This document shows positions 29,414 through 38,374 of a stretch of 57,975 nucleotides of DNA, in pieces; position 1 is the stretch's first letter, and every line of letters starts with the position of its first letter. The notes under the pieces are model-generated. The model was not told the DNA's origin, made no database searches, and was given only the letters and a program-made list of their open reading frames with translations. This DNA is from a virus (lineage: Duplodnaviria; Caudoviricetes). The translations under genes were made by a program, and so were the position numbers. The DNA lies in IMG/VR virus record IMGVR_UViG_3300030392_001553, positions 1-57,975 of that record. The stretch is one strand, 5' to 3'.

Positions 29414-30874
29414 CTAATAATATTGACGGGATTGTGGCGTGTATACAGGTTCGTCATCTTCCTCGTCACTGTCAAGATGAACAAATCCCCCTTTACGGTA
29501 TCTGATTAACGCCATGGACATACTATCACAATAATCGTCATAATCACCATGGGGAAATGCGGCACATTCATCAATAACTTCTTCCGAAAATCTTTTTTCG
29601 GGTGCCCATACCTTTCCGGACTCGAATATCGGTGCCACCATGTGCATACGGGTATGCTTGTCCTTGCCCTTGGACGGCGTATAATTAACCACGGGTATCC
29701 CCATCGTCCTCAATTCATCCGTGAGCGGCGTCCCTGTGGCCTTGGCCTCAATCAGAACCATGTCGGGTTCCCAGTATTTGTATTCCTCAAGTGCCTTGGA
29801 TTTGAGTTCCGGAAAATCCCAGCGGCCACGCTTGGCATCCATCAGGATGATGTTGTCGGTGCCCCCTTCCTTCGGCTGGAATACCCCCCACGTCGTAATG
29901 GCCGAGTAATCCGCCGTCTCCTTTTTCGAAAACGCCGTATCATAGGACTGCATGATGTAACTGACAGGAGGTATTTCCTTTTTCTCCCACGTGTTCCACC
30001 ACTCCTTCTTGATAATCGCTCCTTCTTCGGCTACAGGATTCTGCTGCCATTGTGCATTCCATTTGCCCAAGGACAACGAAGCCTTGACCCGGAGCAGTTC
30101 ATCCTTGCTCCAGAACTCCGGCCACAACAAATTCCCACTCGGCAAGATAGCGGGAAACTCGATAATCTCCCACTGGTCAGACATGACATCGGACGCCTGT
30201 GACTTGATTAATTTACCCGTGAGGTCCTTCAGGGACCACCGCGTCATCACTATTACAATAGACCCGCCCGGTTGAAGACGCTGACGGGGTCCTGACGTGT
30301 ACCATTCGTAAGCGTTGTCGAGTGCCGATTCCGAAAGGGCATCCTGTTCAGAATGCGGGTCGTCGATGATAAGAAGATCAGCACCGCGACCTGTAATCGC
30401 ACCACCAACACCCGCCGCATAATACTCACCGCCCTGGCCCGTTTCCCAGCGACCCGCCGCCTTGGAATCAGCACGTAAATCCACATCCGGAAAGACATCC
30501 CTGTAACACTCCATTTCCATAAGGTTCCTGACCTTGCGGCCAAACCGTACCGCCAGTTCCGCCGTATGCGTCGTCTGGATAATCTTTAAGGCGGGATTCC
30601 TCCCAATCAGCCACGCCGGTAGCATATAAGACGCAAATTCCGACTTGGTGTGACGCGGGGGCATGTTGATAATGATCCGGGAATGGGGGTTGGTGGCCAG
30701 CTTCTCGAATTTCTCCGCAACCTTGAGATGATGGGCACCCTCTATAAATCCCTCGTATACATGCTTGACAAAAGGTATAAAATTATTGTGCGCTTCCTTC
30801 CGCACGGATAACCGCTTCTGGGCCTGTTCAAGAGCCAGAATTTCCCTTACCACTTCGTCAGGAGCGTTTAGCAC
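29414..30874 (-). CDS. terL: Terminase large subunit
   Basis: INMPPRHTKS Walker A, LLIIDDP Walker B, SYDTA and DDYCD nuclease motifs. Confidence 0.95.
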   Translation of the reverse strand: MLNAPDEVVREILALEQAQKRLSVRKEAHNNFIPFVKHVYEGFIEGAHHLKVAEKFEKLATNPHSRIIINMPPRHTKSEFASYMLPAWLIGRNPALKIIQTTHTAELAVRFGRKVRNLMEMECYRDVFPDVDLRADSKAAGRWETGQGGEYYAAGVGGAITGRGADLLIIDDPHSEQDALSESALDNAYEWYTSGPRQRLQPGGSIVIVMTRWSLKDLTGKLIKSQASDVMSDQWEIIEFPAILPSGNLLWPEFWSKDELLRVKASLSLGKWNAQWQQNPVAEEGAIIKKEWWNTWEKKEIPPVSYIMQSYDTAFSKKETADYSAITTWGVFQPKEGGTDNIILMDAKRGRWDFPELKSKALEEYKYWEPDMVLIEAKATGTPLTDELRTMGIPVVNYTPSKGKDKHTRMHMVAPIFESGKVWAPEKRFSEEVIDECAAFPHGDYDDYCDSMSMALIRYRKGGFVHLDSDEEDDEPVYTPQSRQYY

Positions 30875-31940
30875 GTTTCCATCTTAAATATTCCGAGGCT
30901 TCCTGCATATCCGAAAAACATATCATAAATCCTGTCTGCGTCGGGGACTCCGGGTCGAATACCGCCGTGATTGCCTCGCCATGCTGCTGTTCCCCATGGC
31001 CCAGGCGATCCGCATAGTCATCCGATGTTTTATACCCTTTTGCCCTGGCCATCCAGTAAATCCTGTTGGTCCACTCATCTTCCTGCTGGGCCAAAGCCCA
31101 GTAATGCCTGTGTCCTGAAATATATAAATCCGCTTCCTGCGTAAACCGTGCCCGTTTCTGCTGGGCATGAAGAGGGTTCCACTGGCTGTGCCCCGGCATG
31201 TCATGCGCCGCCCAGATTTTTGCCGACCTCCCCTTGGGAAAGAATACCTCTATACGGGCCTGCCAATCCTGTGCCAGTGTACCGGGAACCTTGAGCCACT
31301 CTATGGGATCCACCTCGTTCTCCAACCATAAATCATGGTTGCCCTTAACCAGTAAACACCAATCCGTCGCTTCCAGAAGCCATCGTACCAGTTGCCAGGA
31401 TTGCTTGGCCGAGGTTTCCTGCGAAGCCCATAACCGCGATAAACGGCCTACCCAGTTGTTACTCGCATCACCAAGAGAAGCCGCATACATGCCCTCCGTC
31501 CGGTTGATCGTCTCCAGATCCTCGCGGAGCTTGGGCCAGTTGCACCCGTTATCGTCAACATGGGGATCCCCCAGAAAACTGATCGCCAAGGGACCCGGTA
31601 AATGAAACCGGAGGGGAATCCATTGTCGCTGGACCGCGGCCCTGCGGCGCTTCTCATAACGCCGCGTTACATGGTCCACCAGATCAGTAGATGACATGTC
31701 AGGGGATTCAAGAGAAGGAACCGTGAATTCAAGCCTGTCTTCCCAGGGAGGAATATAACCCTCCCGTAAAGCCTTGTTAAAACGTCGGTAATAAGTACGG
31801 GGGCTGATTCCCAGTTCTTCCTGTACCCCTTTAACAACCGAGGACTCTGTCGAATGACCCCGTTCCTTGGGCGCCGGAAGTCCTTCTTTATATAAACGAT
31901 TCAAGGCTTCCGTGAATTCTGAAATTTTATTGTCAGTCAC
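30858..31940 (-). CDS. Calcineurin-like metallophosphoesterase with N-terminal HTH-like region
   Basis: GDPH, GD..NN, GNHD, GHRH motifs. Confidence 0.8.
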   Translation of the reverse strand: MTDNKISEFTEALNRLYKEGLPAPKERGHSTESSVVKGVQEELGISPRTYYRRFNKALREGYIPPWEDRLEFTVPSLESPDMSSTDLVDHVTRRYEKRRRAAVQRQWIPLRFHLPGPLAISFLGDPHVDDNGCNWPKLREDLETINRTEGMYAASLGDASNNWVGRLSRLWASQETSAKQSWQLVRWLLEATDWCLLVKGNHDLWLENEVDPIEWLKVPGTLAQDWQARIEVFFPKGRSAKIWAAHDMPGHSQWNPLHAQQKRARFTQEADLYISGHRHYWALAQQEDEWTNRIYWMARAKGYKTSDDYADRLGHGEQQHGEAITAVFDPESPTQTGFMICFSDMQEASEYLRWKRAKRS

Positions 31941-32003
31941 ATATCCCTCGCCAATAGACCCCCCTATATGTATAATCTTTATTAATTACAGGCAATTAGC
32001 ACA

Positions 32004-32180
32004 ATGGCAGATGTCATAAGTTTTACAGGATCCTCAAAGGGACCCACCCCCCTGGAATGTACAAAGTGCCGCGGATCACGGTTCTTTGTCTTTCCAAACG
32101 GAGAAGTGGAATGCGTAGAGTGCAGCACGGTCAACGAAATAAAGATCTTTGGCACCCTCTACCTGTCCAATGACAAATAG
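32004..32180 (+). CDS. Small zinc-ribbon protein (58 aa)
   Basis: Hand-translated; CTKC...CVEC. Confidence 0.55.
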   Translation: MADVISFTGSSKGPTPLECTKCRGSRFFVFPNGEVECVECSTVNEIKIFGTLYLSNDK

Positions 32181-32309
32181 ACACAATTATATTTTCAAAA
32201 CTCTGCTTTCACCTGCCTCTGACAGCAGACGGGCCGCGCCCGACGGTCACGCGGGTTGCTGTCGTGCGCTGTAGTCAATCGACAATTGACCTAAGTACCT
32301 AGCCCCGAT

Positions 32310-32340
32310 AAAAAAGAGACGCCTTAGCAAGGCGTCTCTT
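32310..32340 (-). terminator. Rho-independent terminator
   Basis: 12-bp stem AAGAGACGCCTT/AAGGCGTCTCTT with A-run on plus strand, after ORF 32363. Confidence 0.8.
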
Positions 32341-32343
32341 CCC

Positions 32344-32372
32344 CGAATTTTCAGCTCAGTTTTTAACTGTTG
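32344..32372 (+). repeat. Inverted repeat, left copy
   Basis: 27/29 identity to reverse complement of 33221-33249. Confidence 0.85.
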
Positions 32373-32578
32373 CTAGTCTGATACTTACCAACTCTATACA
32401 TGTTTTCATATTCCCAAAGTCTACGTTTTAACTCCGCGTTTTCTTCGCACAACTCGCGAATGCTTTCCTTATGTTTGCAAGCTTCGTTTTCAATAAGCTT
32501 ATCCTGTTTGTCATGGTCTCTTGTGTTTGCTAAATCATCAAAAAATTGTTGCAACCCAATCTCCATTTCATTGGTCAT
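32363..32578 (-). CDS. Hypothetical coiled-coil protein
   Basis: RBS GAGGA, coupled to upstream ORF. Confidence 0.6.
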   Translation of the reverse strand: MTNEMEIGLQQFFDDLANTRDHDKQDKLIENEACKHKESIRELCEENAELKRRLWEYENMYRVGKYQTSNS

Positions 32579-32826
32579 TTTGTATCCTCTTTATAAAGAT
32601 TGTCTATCAGCACAATCACATCCTTGATGGCCTTATTATAAGAACACTTTGAACAATCACAATAATGAGGAGGCGCCGGAAAATTCGCTTTTCCAGACGA
32701 AACGTATCCACCTAATCGTGTGACTTCAACGTGCAATTTATCTAACAAGTAATTATTGGATTGAGTTTGAGTTATCATTTTATATCCTTTCTTATTGAAT
32801 TGGGCGAGGCATAATGCCTCGCCCAT
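32575..32826 (-). CDS. Hypothetical protein (CDCSKC); start probably at internal MITQ
   Basis: AAAGGA RBS before MITQ. Confidence 0.55.
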   Translation of the reverse strand: MGEALCLAQFNKKGYKMITQTQSNNYLLDKLHVEVTRLGGYVSSGKANFPAPPHYCDCSKCSYNKAIKDVIVLIDNLYKEDTK

Positions 32827-32836
32827 GTTTGGTTGA

Positions 32837-33100
32837 TTAGAGCGAAATAACTTTATCTACGCCATATCTTTTCCATTTAGGCGTGTAATAATCTCCGCCG
32901 TTACGATTTATAAAACTAACAACAAACTCGCCATTCTTTAATGTATCCTTGTTGTTTTTGGCAAGGCTCTCTAGTTCTTGCGTGAGTGCTTCACACTCTT
33001 TTTTGAGAGCACGACACTGCTTCTCCAGCTTACGCTTCTTTTCTGCCTTCTTAGCTAAAACACTTAATTGGTTAGCCTGATTGTTGGTTAACTTTTTCAT
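32837..33100 (-). CDS. Hypothetical basic protein
   Basis: AAAGGA RBS, promoter-like sequence upstream. Confidence 0.65.
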   Translation of the reverse strand: MKKLTNNQANQLSVLAKKAEKKRKLEKQCRALKKECEALTQELESLAKNNKDTLKNGEFVVSFINRNGGDYYTPKWKRYGVDKVISL

Positions 33101-33220
33101 CTCTTATCCTTTCCATGTTGTTGTTTCTTGGTAACGTAAACACGTTACCATGATTTCCCATTATAAGTAAAGGTACTTATCCACATTTATTTAAATTAAT
33201 TTTGGAGCCAATCGACAGTT

Positions 33221-33249
33221 CAACAGTTAAGAGCTGAGCTGAAAATTCG
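33221..33249 (-). repeat. Inverted repeat, right copy
   Basis: CAACAGTTAAGAGCTGAGCTGAAAATTCG. Confidence 0.85.
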
Positions 33250-33342
33250 CCAGCGGAGACAGGTCTTGGCGGCAGCGCATCTCCAGGTCATACTTATTAA
33301 CTACCTTTACACACCTGGAGGCCAGCGGCTCTAGAACAATTA

Positions 33343-33374
<32 letters not shown>

Positions 33375-33382
33375 AGCCGGGC

Positions 33383-33410
33383 AAAAAAAGAGGCGGCCCG
33401 AAGGCCGCCT
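33383..33410 (-). terminator. Rho-independent terminator with UUCG loop
   Basis: Minus strand AGGCGGCC-TTCG-GGCCGCCT-C-T7. Confidence 0.85.
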
Positions 33411-33556
33411 TGAAGTTTTAAAAGTTCCCGCTTCTACGCCGAAGCTCCACGGTCCCCGTTATAATTGGGTAGTTTATGCGGGTGCTAACCCGCTTCCATC
33501 GTCGGGTTACCCGCCCGACTAGCCGCTAGCGGCGGCACGCAAATATGTTGTTGACG
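33383..33556 (-). ncRNA. Candidate ~170-nt structured non-coding RNA
   Basis: Between sigma70-like promoter and UUCG terminator, four GC-rich hairpins, no ORF with RBS. Confidence 0.5.
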
Positions 33557-33595
33557 TGGTCTATTATACATGGGACACTCTACAGGTCAACAACA
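33546..33595. promoter_or_regulatory. Overlapping divergent sigma70-like promoters
   Basis: Minus: TTGACC-N16-TATAAT; plus: TTGACG with weak -10; flanked by TGTTGTTGAC/GTCAACAACA inverted repeat. Confidence 0.6.
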
Positions 33596-33609
33596 AAAGG
33601 ATAGGATAA

Positions 33610-34005
33610 ATGTTAAAGAAAATTGGTGAATGTTCTGTGGATAGTGGACAAATTTTAATTGCTGATCCTTGTTATGTTCTACGAGAAGACGATAGAGTTT
33701 TCCCTAGTTTTGGTGATTTCTGCTCTACCTTGAAAAAAGAAAATTTTCCTAGTTTTAGATCCTTTGATGGTTTGGGCGTTGTCGTCTCTTCGGGTTATGG
33801 AGACGGGGGCTACCCCGTCGAAGCGGATATTGTGGAAGGTGTCGTTCATTCTGTGAAAATTACTTTTGTTAATAAAAAAGAGGATCAGGAAATTATCAAA
33901 ATGATGAAAACCTTTTTTGCTAACGAGGTGTCCAAAGAACCACAAGTCCGTGAGTTTAGTATAAAAGATATACAAACCGAAATAGATCGGTTGGAAAATA
34001 GCTAA
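33610..34005 (+). CDS. Hypothetical protein (DUF4241-like motifs)
   Basis: VDSGQILIADPCY, SGYGDGGYPV. Confidence 0.7.
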   Translation: MLKKIGECSVDSGQILIADPCYVLREDDRVFPSFGDFCSTLKKENFPSFRSFDGLGVVVSSGYGDGGYPVEADIVEGVVHSVKITFVNKKEDQEIIKMMKTFFANEVSKEPQVREFSIKDIQTEIDRLENS

Positions 34006-34025
34006 CACAACAACCCATAACATCC

Positions 34026-34054
34026 AACGGAGGGCAATTGCCCTCCGTTTTTTT
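34026..34054 (+). terminator. Rho-independent terminator
   Basis: Palindrome AACGGAGGGCAATTGCCCTCCGTT followed by T-run. Confidence 0.8.
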
Positions 34055-34288
34055 ATGGTGGAGAATACTGGCATGTATGATTTCACGCTCGATGACCACG
34101 GCTCAATAGTTCTGCTGCGCCCTGAAAACCAGGAAGCCACGGCCTGGATCCAAATTAACCTGGGTTCCGGGATAACCTGGTCCAATGGTGCCGTGGCCAT
34201 TGAAAGACAATATGTCACTCCAATACTATATAGCATCAACGCAGATAATCTTACTTGGTCGCCCGACCCGACCCCGACAATTCACTGA
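34055..34288 (+). CDS. Hypothetical protein
   Basis: DHGSIVLLRP...A..W pattern seen in phage early genes. Confidence 0.6.
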   Translation: MVENTGMYDFTLDDHGSIVLLRPENQEATAWIQINLGSGITWSNGAVAIERQYVTPILYSINADNLTWSPDPTPTIH

Positions 34289-34383
34289 TCCCGACCCGAC
34301 CCCGAAAAAAACGTGCCCATAGCTCAACGCTGAGTGCCCATCTCGAACCTTTCGGGTAGTAAACCACCCCGAATAAATAGCTA

Positions 34384-34412
34384 TTGACCCATATTCTCCC
34401 ATGGTTTAAAAT
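34384..34412 (+). promoter_or_regulatory. sigma70-like early promoter
   Basis: TTGACC-N17-TAAAAT upstream of GGAGG RBS. Confidence 0.7.
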
Positions 34413-34440
34413 GGTCTTGTTTCAACTAATGGAGGATTAA

Positions 34441-34752
34441 ATGAAACTATTAACCAAAGATATCAAAAAGAAACTTTCAAAAACACCTATTGGATCGACG
34501 GCGGAAAAAAACGCCGAGGATATCCCCATCATAGTCAAGTTTTTTGGAGGGGGTTCTTATAGTGCCTATGTTTATGAAGGTGACGAACTGGACGGGGATT
34601 GGCGTTTCATGGCCTATGTGACCTACATGGAAAAAGAGATTGGAACGGTGCTATTAAGTGAACTAGAAAATGCAAAATGGGGGCCATATGGTTTCCCAAC
34701 CGAACGTGACCTTTACCTTGGCAAAAGAACACTATCCGAGGTCATGCAATGA
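34441..34752 (+). CDS. DUF2958-like protein
   Basis: MKLLTK..., IVKFF, E.G...LSELE, ERDLY. Confidence 0.7.
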   Translation: MKLLTKDIKKKLSKTPIGSTAEKNAEDIPIIVKFFGGGSYSAYVYEGDELDGDWRFMAYVTYMEKEIGTVLLSELENAKWGPYGFPTERDLYLGKRTLSEVMQ

Positions 34753-34946
34753 GCGAAAACCAAAAAGTACATTGTGGCAATTGCGGGGATCCTTTTGATC
34801 CCCGCAACGAACTATACGATAATTTTACTTTTGAAGGTACGGAGCATTGGATATGCCACGGCTGCAATATTTATTATGGTGCCGATGAAATCCAAGAGCG
34901 GTTCGAGAATGGGCACGCCAACGCAACGTGCGGAACGGAGGATTAA
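34749..34946 (+). CDS. Small Cys-rich protein
   Basis: CGNC...CHGC. Confidence 0.6.
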   Translation: MSENQKVHCGNCGDPFDPRNELYDNFTFEGTEHWICHGCNIYYGADEIQERFENGHANATCGTED

Positions 34947-35147
34947 ATGGAACACAACGAACAATTTCCAACCCCGTTATTTATGGCCATCAACCGCCTA
35001 TGCGCGGTTACCAATTTATTAAAACAAAGACCCCGACCCGACCCCGACCCGACCGGATGGTGCCTGGATTACTGGCGCCTGGTACATTCCCGACTGCAAA
35101 GAGATTACGCCAGGCTTGACATCGAGCGGAAGAAATTCGTACTATAA
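34947..35147 (+). CDS. Hypothetical protein
   Basis: GGAGG RBS; contains CCCGAC repeats. Confidence 0.5.
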   Translation: MEHNEQFPTPLFMAINRLCAVTNLLKQRPRPDPDPTGWCLDYWRLVHSRLQRDYARLDIERKKFVL

Positions 35148-35170
35148 CTACGCAAATACTCCCTAAACTT

Positions 35171-35196
35171 GGCACCCCAATCGGGGTGCTTTTTTT
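35171..35196 (+). terminator. Rho-independent terminator
   Basis: GGCACCCC-AATC-GGGGTGCT + T-run. Confidence 0.75.
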
Positions 35197-35198
35197 GT

Positions 35199-35227
35199 TT
35201 GCAATCCATGGTAAAATTTGGTAGATT
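35199..35227 (+). promoter_or_regulatory. sigma70-like promoter
   Basis: TTGCAA-N17-TAGATT. Confidence 0.55.
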
Positions 35228-35254
35228 TATAAGGCCAACAAAACGGAGGATATC

Positions 35255-36064
35255 ATGGCAAAACGATTTTCAAAATTCTTTTCAATCGATAGCCCGAAAG
35301 CTATCAAGGCCGACAAATTCGGACACATAAACGCCATCAATTATATGGCGCCCCATTCCACGGGATCCACGGATATTTACCAACGAAAGTTTAACTTGTG
35401 CCCACATTCGAGCGCGGGTTGTCGTGATTTATGTCTTGGAATGTATAGCGGCCAAGCTGCAATCGTTTCTGATTTAGAAAATGGAACGAATGCAACACGC
35501 GAAAGCCGAAAGGCAAAAGCGCAATGGTTTATGTCGGATCGACGGGCGTTTATGGCTGAGATGACGGACCACGTTCGAGCCTTGGCACGCAAGGCCGAGA
35601 AAGAAAATAAAAAGCTGGCCATACGACCCAACGGTTCAACGGATATTGCCTTCGAATATATACCAACGGATAACGGGCAACCATTACCGCATCGTTTTCC
35701 AGAAATTCAATTCGTAGATTACACCAAAAACTTGAAACGTGTTTTAAATCCAGATAGGCCGAAAAACTATCACCTTACTTTTAGTCGATCCGAGGATAAT
35801 CTACACGAAGTTTGGCAAGTTTTGATGAATGGTTTTAATGTTGCTGTTGTATTTGGAAAAGGTATTCCGAAAGAATACGATATATTCCACGACATAAAAG
35901 GTATGAATGCACCGCCATTCCCGGTTATCGACGGAACGGAACACGACTTGCGCCACTTGGATCCGCAGCCGGTAATTGTCGGGTTGGATCCAAAAGGTAA
36001 AAAAGCCAAAAACGATACAAGCGGTTTTGTGGTTCGTAATTATATTGGTCCAGTGGGCGCATAG
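35255..36064 (+). CDS. GP88-family protein (radical-SAM-like Cys cluster)
   Basis: CPHSSAGCRDLC, RPNGSTD, DYTK, NYHLTFS, IDG..HDLR. Confidence 0.75.
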   Translation: MAKRFSKFFSIDSPKAIKADKFGHINAINYMAPHSTGSTDIYQRKFNLCPHSSAGCRDLCLGMYSGQAAIVSDLENGTNATRESRKAKAQWFMSDRRAFMAEMTDHVRALARKAEKENKKLAIRPNGSTDIAFEYIPTDNGQPLPHRFPEIQFVDYTKNLKRVLNPDRPKNYHLTFSRSEDNLHEVWQVLMNGFNVAVVFGKGIPKEYDIFHDIKGMNAPPFPVIDGTEHDLRHLDPQPVIVGLDPKGKKAKNDTSGFVVRNYIGPVGA

Positions 36065-36181
36065 TTGTTGGCATGATATATGCGCCGCTGCAAGCCGGGG
36101 ATTTTTTATCCTTTCTGACCCGGCTTCCCTCCGCCCCTTGCATCCAACAATCCTCCATTTAAGATCAAGGGGCGGAGGTTC

Positions 36182-36682
36182 TTATGCATCGGAAATTTCA
36201 ACCCCGACCCCGACCCGGCGAGGGAGCCAATCTATCGGAAAACTTTTGTTCCCCGACCCGACCCCGACCCGACCTCGAACTATCTCGAGAATCCTGGCGA
36301 TAAGCCCCGACCAATCATCCCCCGACCACAGGCATGGGACCACGGTTCCCGACCCATTGCTCTTCAAACCATGGTTCAATAACTCCCGACCCCGACTACC
36401 GTCAAACAAATATAGGTTGGGGGAGGAGAGGGGGTGGACTAAGAAAAAACTTACGCCCCCCGACTGAGAATAAGCAAAATTCCACGCAACTTGATGAGAA
36501 GAGATATTTATGCGGTTAGTTTTCGTAATTTTAAGTTCTATCCAGAACGGGCATCCCTCCGCGCATATATGAACATCTGGAATACCGCCTCCGAAGCGGT
36601 TTTCAATCCTTGTTGTGTTCCAGTGAGAGGGTATCTTTTCCTTGAGTTTGTTCCACAGTAATGTCTCTGGTTTTTGAGTCAT
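36182..36682 (-). CDS. PD-(D/E)XK nuclease (VRR-NUC/Holliday junction resolvase-like)
   Basis: RIEN..GGGIPDV...WIELK...HQVAW; start reassigned to MTQK after GAGGA. Confidence 0.8.
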   Translation of the reverse strand: MTQKPETLLWNKLKEKIPSHWNTTRIENRFGGGIPDVHICAEGCPFWIELKITKTNRINISSHQVAWNFAYSQSGGVSFFLVHPLSSPNLYLFDGSRGRELLNHGLKSNGSGTVVPCLWSGDDWSGLIARILEIVRGRVGVGSGNKSFPIDWLPRRVGVGVEISDA

Positions 36683-37184
36683 TAACTTCCTCATAATCAG
36701 CTTCGATGAAAGCACTAGGATGGCTTTTTCTCAATTCAACAAGACGGCCTTCTATTTCTTCACGGCTCATATTTTCAATCGCGTGAAAATGATTTGTTTC
36801 TCGCCTGTCGGTGGTAAGACCACCTAATGCGGATCTTGTTTTCTCAGCATTGATGGCCGCAGAAAATTGGCCAGCTTCTTCAGCCCCCATAGAAAGCTCA
36901 CGCAATCTTTTTAACTGACCTAGCAGAGTGACCCCGTATTTTCTTTCCCGGTCCTCCCGGAGTTCCAAAACATATTCAGCAACATGCGGAAAATATTTAG
37001 GGTTTAAAAGTTTATTGGCTTGGATTTTAGCAATTCCATTTTTATCGGAATATCCAGCCTTCCTCGCACACTCCGCATTCGAGTGAGTGCCGTCCACAAA
37101 ATGCCGGGCAAATTCTTTTTGACGGTTGGTCAACTTGCGGCCATGCGTTTCTTCGATCTCTAAAGCTTTAGCAGATAAACTCAT
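36603..37184 (-). CDS. terS: Terminase small subunit
   Basis: LTNRQKEFA...ECARKAGYS...ANKLL HTH; SAAINAE. Confidence 0.8.
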   Translation of the reverse strand: MSLSAKALEIEETHGRKLTNRQKEFARHFVDGTHSNAECARKAGYSDKNGIAKIQANKLLNPKYFPHVAEYVLELREDRERKYGVTLLGQLKRLRELSMGAEEAGQFSAAINAEKTRSALGGLTTDRRETNHFHAIENMSREEIEGRLVELRKSHPSAFIEADYEEVNDSKTRDITVEQTQGKDTLSLEHNKD

Positions 37185-37269
37185 TTCTCCTTTATATAGG
37201 AGCGTTTTTTAATTTACAATTCAGATTTTCGAATTTTGATTTGTCTAAAGGCTGCACTTTTGAAAAGTA

Positions 37270-37435
37270 AAGTGTTCCAAAACAGGGGGTATATGTTCCA
37301 AGTGTTCCCAAAGTGTTCCCAGATATTTTTCTTAAACCATTGTTTTAGAACCGTTTTTTTTTAAATTTCCCTCCGGGAACACTTGGAACACTTTTTTCGG
37401 CTGAAAAAACTTTTTTAAAAACTTTTTTTAAAAAT
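37270..37435. repeat. Iteron-like AAGTGTTCC repeats around an AT-rich core (origin or pac candidate)
   Basis: Direct copies at 37270, 37291 (imperfect), 37300, 37311; inverted copies at 37376, 37385; A/T tracts. Confidence 0.7.
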
Positions 37436-37455
37436 CTCAGCTATATAGGTCACCG

Positions 37456-37485
37456 TTGACAGTGTACCATGTTTCATGCTAATTT
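37456..37485 (+). promoter_or_regulatory. sigma70-like promoter of the operon containing Tas/TIGR
   Basis: TTGACA-N18-TAATTT with TGn extension. Confidence 0.6.
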
Positions 37486-37524
37486 TACCTTGCTTTTGTT
37501 ATTTAATTAGAAAGGAGAAAGACG

Positions 37525-37974
37525 ATGCCGAATTGGACAAAGAACGAATTAGAGGTTTCGGGGAAGGCGAAAGAAGTTCGTCGTTTTCTCAAACACATGG
37601 GCGAGGGATTTTCTTTCGAGAGGATTATTCCGATGCCTGAAAACTGTTTTCGGGGACTCTTGGGGACTAAGGAAAAGGAAGAGTGCCTTAAAAAAGGTAT
37701 CCCCAACTGGTACGATTGGTGTTCTGAGAATTGGGGAACCAAGTGGGACTGCTCCGAAGTTGAGGTTGAGAAGGTTGGCTGCTTGGAGACAAATGCGGAA
37801 GAGCTTGATGCCGTACTGGACACGAGCAAAAACTATTCTTGGGTAATATACAAATTTCAAACAGCGTGGGATGCCCCCCACCCTATCATTGCAAAATTAA
37901 AATCTGATTGGCCTGATCTTGATTTCGGTGGCGGATACGTCCATGAGGGTTACGAAGGCTGTGGGAGTTTCTGA
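37525..37974 (+). CDS. DUF1281/YubB ferredoxin-like domain protein
   Basis: MPNW..N, WYDW...NWGTKWD, FQTAW.AP. Confidence 0.8.
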   Translation: MPNWTKNELEVSGKAKEVRRFLKHMGEGFSFERIIPMPENCFRGLLGTKEKEECLKKGIPNWYDWCSENWGTKWDCSEVEVEKVGCLETNAEELDAVLDTSKNYSWVIYKFQTAWDAPHPIIAKLKSDWPDLDFGGGYVHEGYEGCGSF

Positions 37975-37975
37975 T

Positions 37976-38374
37976 ATGGCACAAGAACATTTAACTTATT
38001 TTGACAAGGCCAACCTCGATGAAATCCGCAAGGGTTTGATTTCGGCTTTCAAGGATGTTTCGGAACAGTTTGGCATCAAGTTGAAGCTTGGCAACATTCG
38101 TTTTGACAAAAATTCTTTTAGTTCCAAGATTGAGGCTTCTTTGCATGGTTTCGACCAAGCGGCGGAAGACTACAAAAACCACGCCGAAACCGTACACAGT
38201 TTGCCGACTGAGTGGCTTGGCCAAAGTTTCAACACGGGACAGAAGACTTTTATAGTTGCGGGTCTTAAACCCCGTAGGAAAAACAACCCTGTTGTTTTGA
38301 AAGATCTGAATGGCAAACGCTATGGCGGAACGGTTGAGTTTGTGATGAGACACATGGGAAAGGAGACCCAATGA
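37976..38374 (+). CDS. Hypothetical protein
   Basis: Start reassigned to MAQEH after GGGAG. Confidence 0.7.
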   Translation: MAQEHLTYFDKANLDEIRKGLISAFKDVSEQFGIKLKLGNIRFDKNSFSSKIEASLHGFDQAAEDYKNHAETVHSLPTEWLGQSFNTGQKTFIVAGLKPRRKNNPVVLKDLNGKRYGGTVEFVMRHMGKETQ

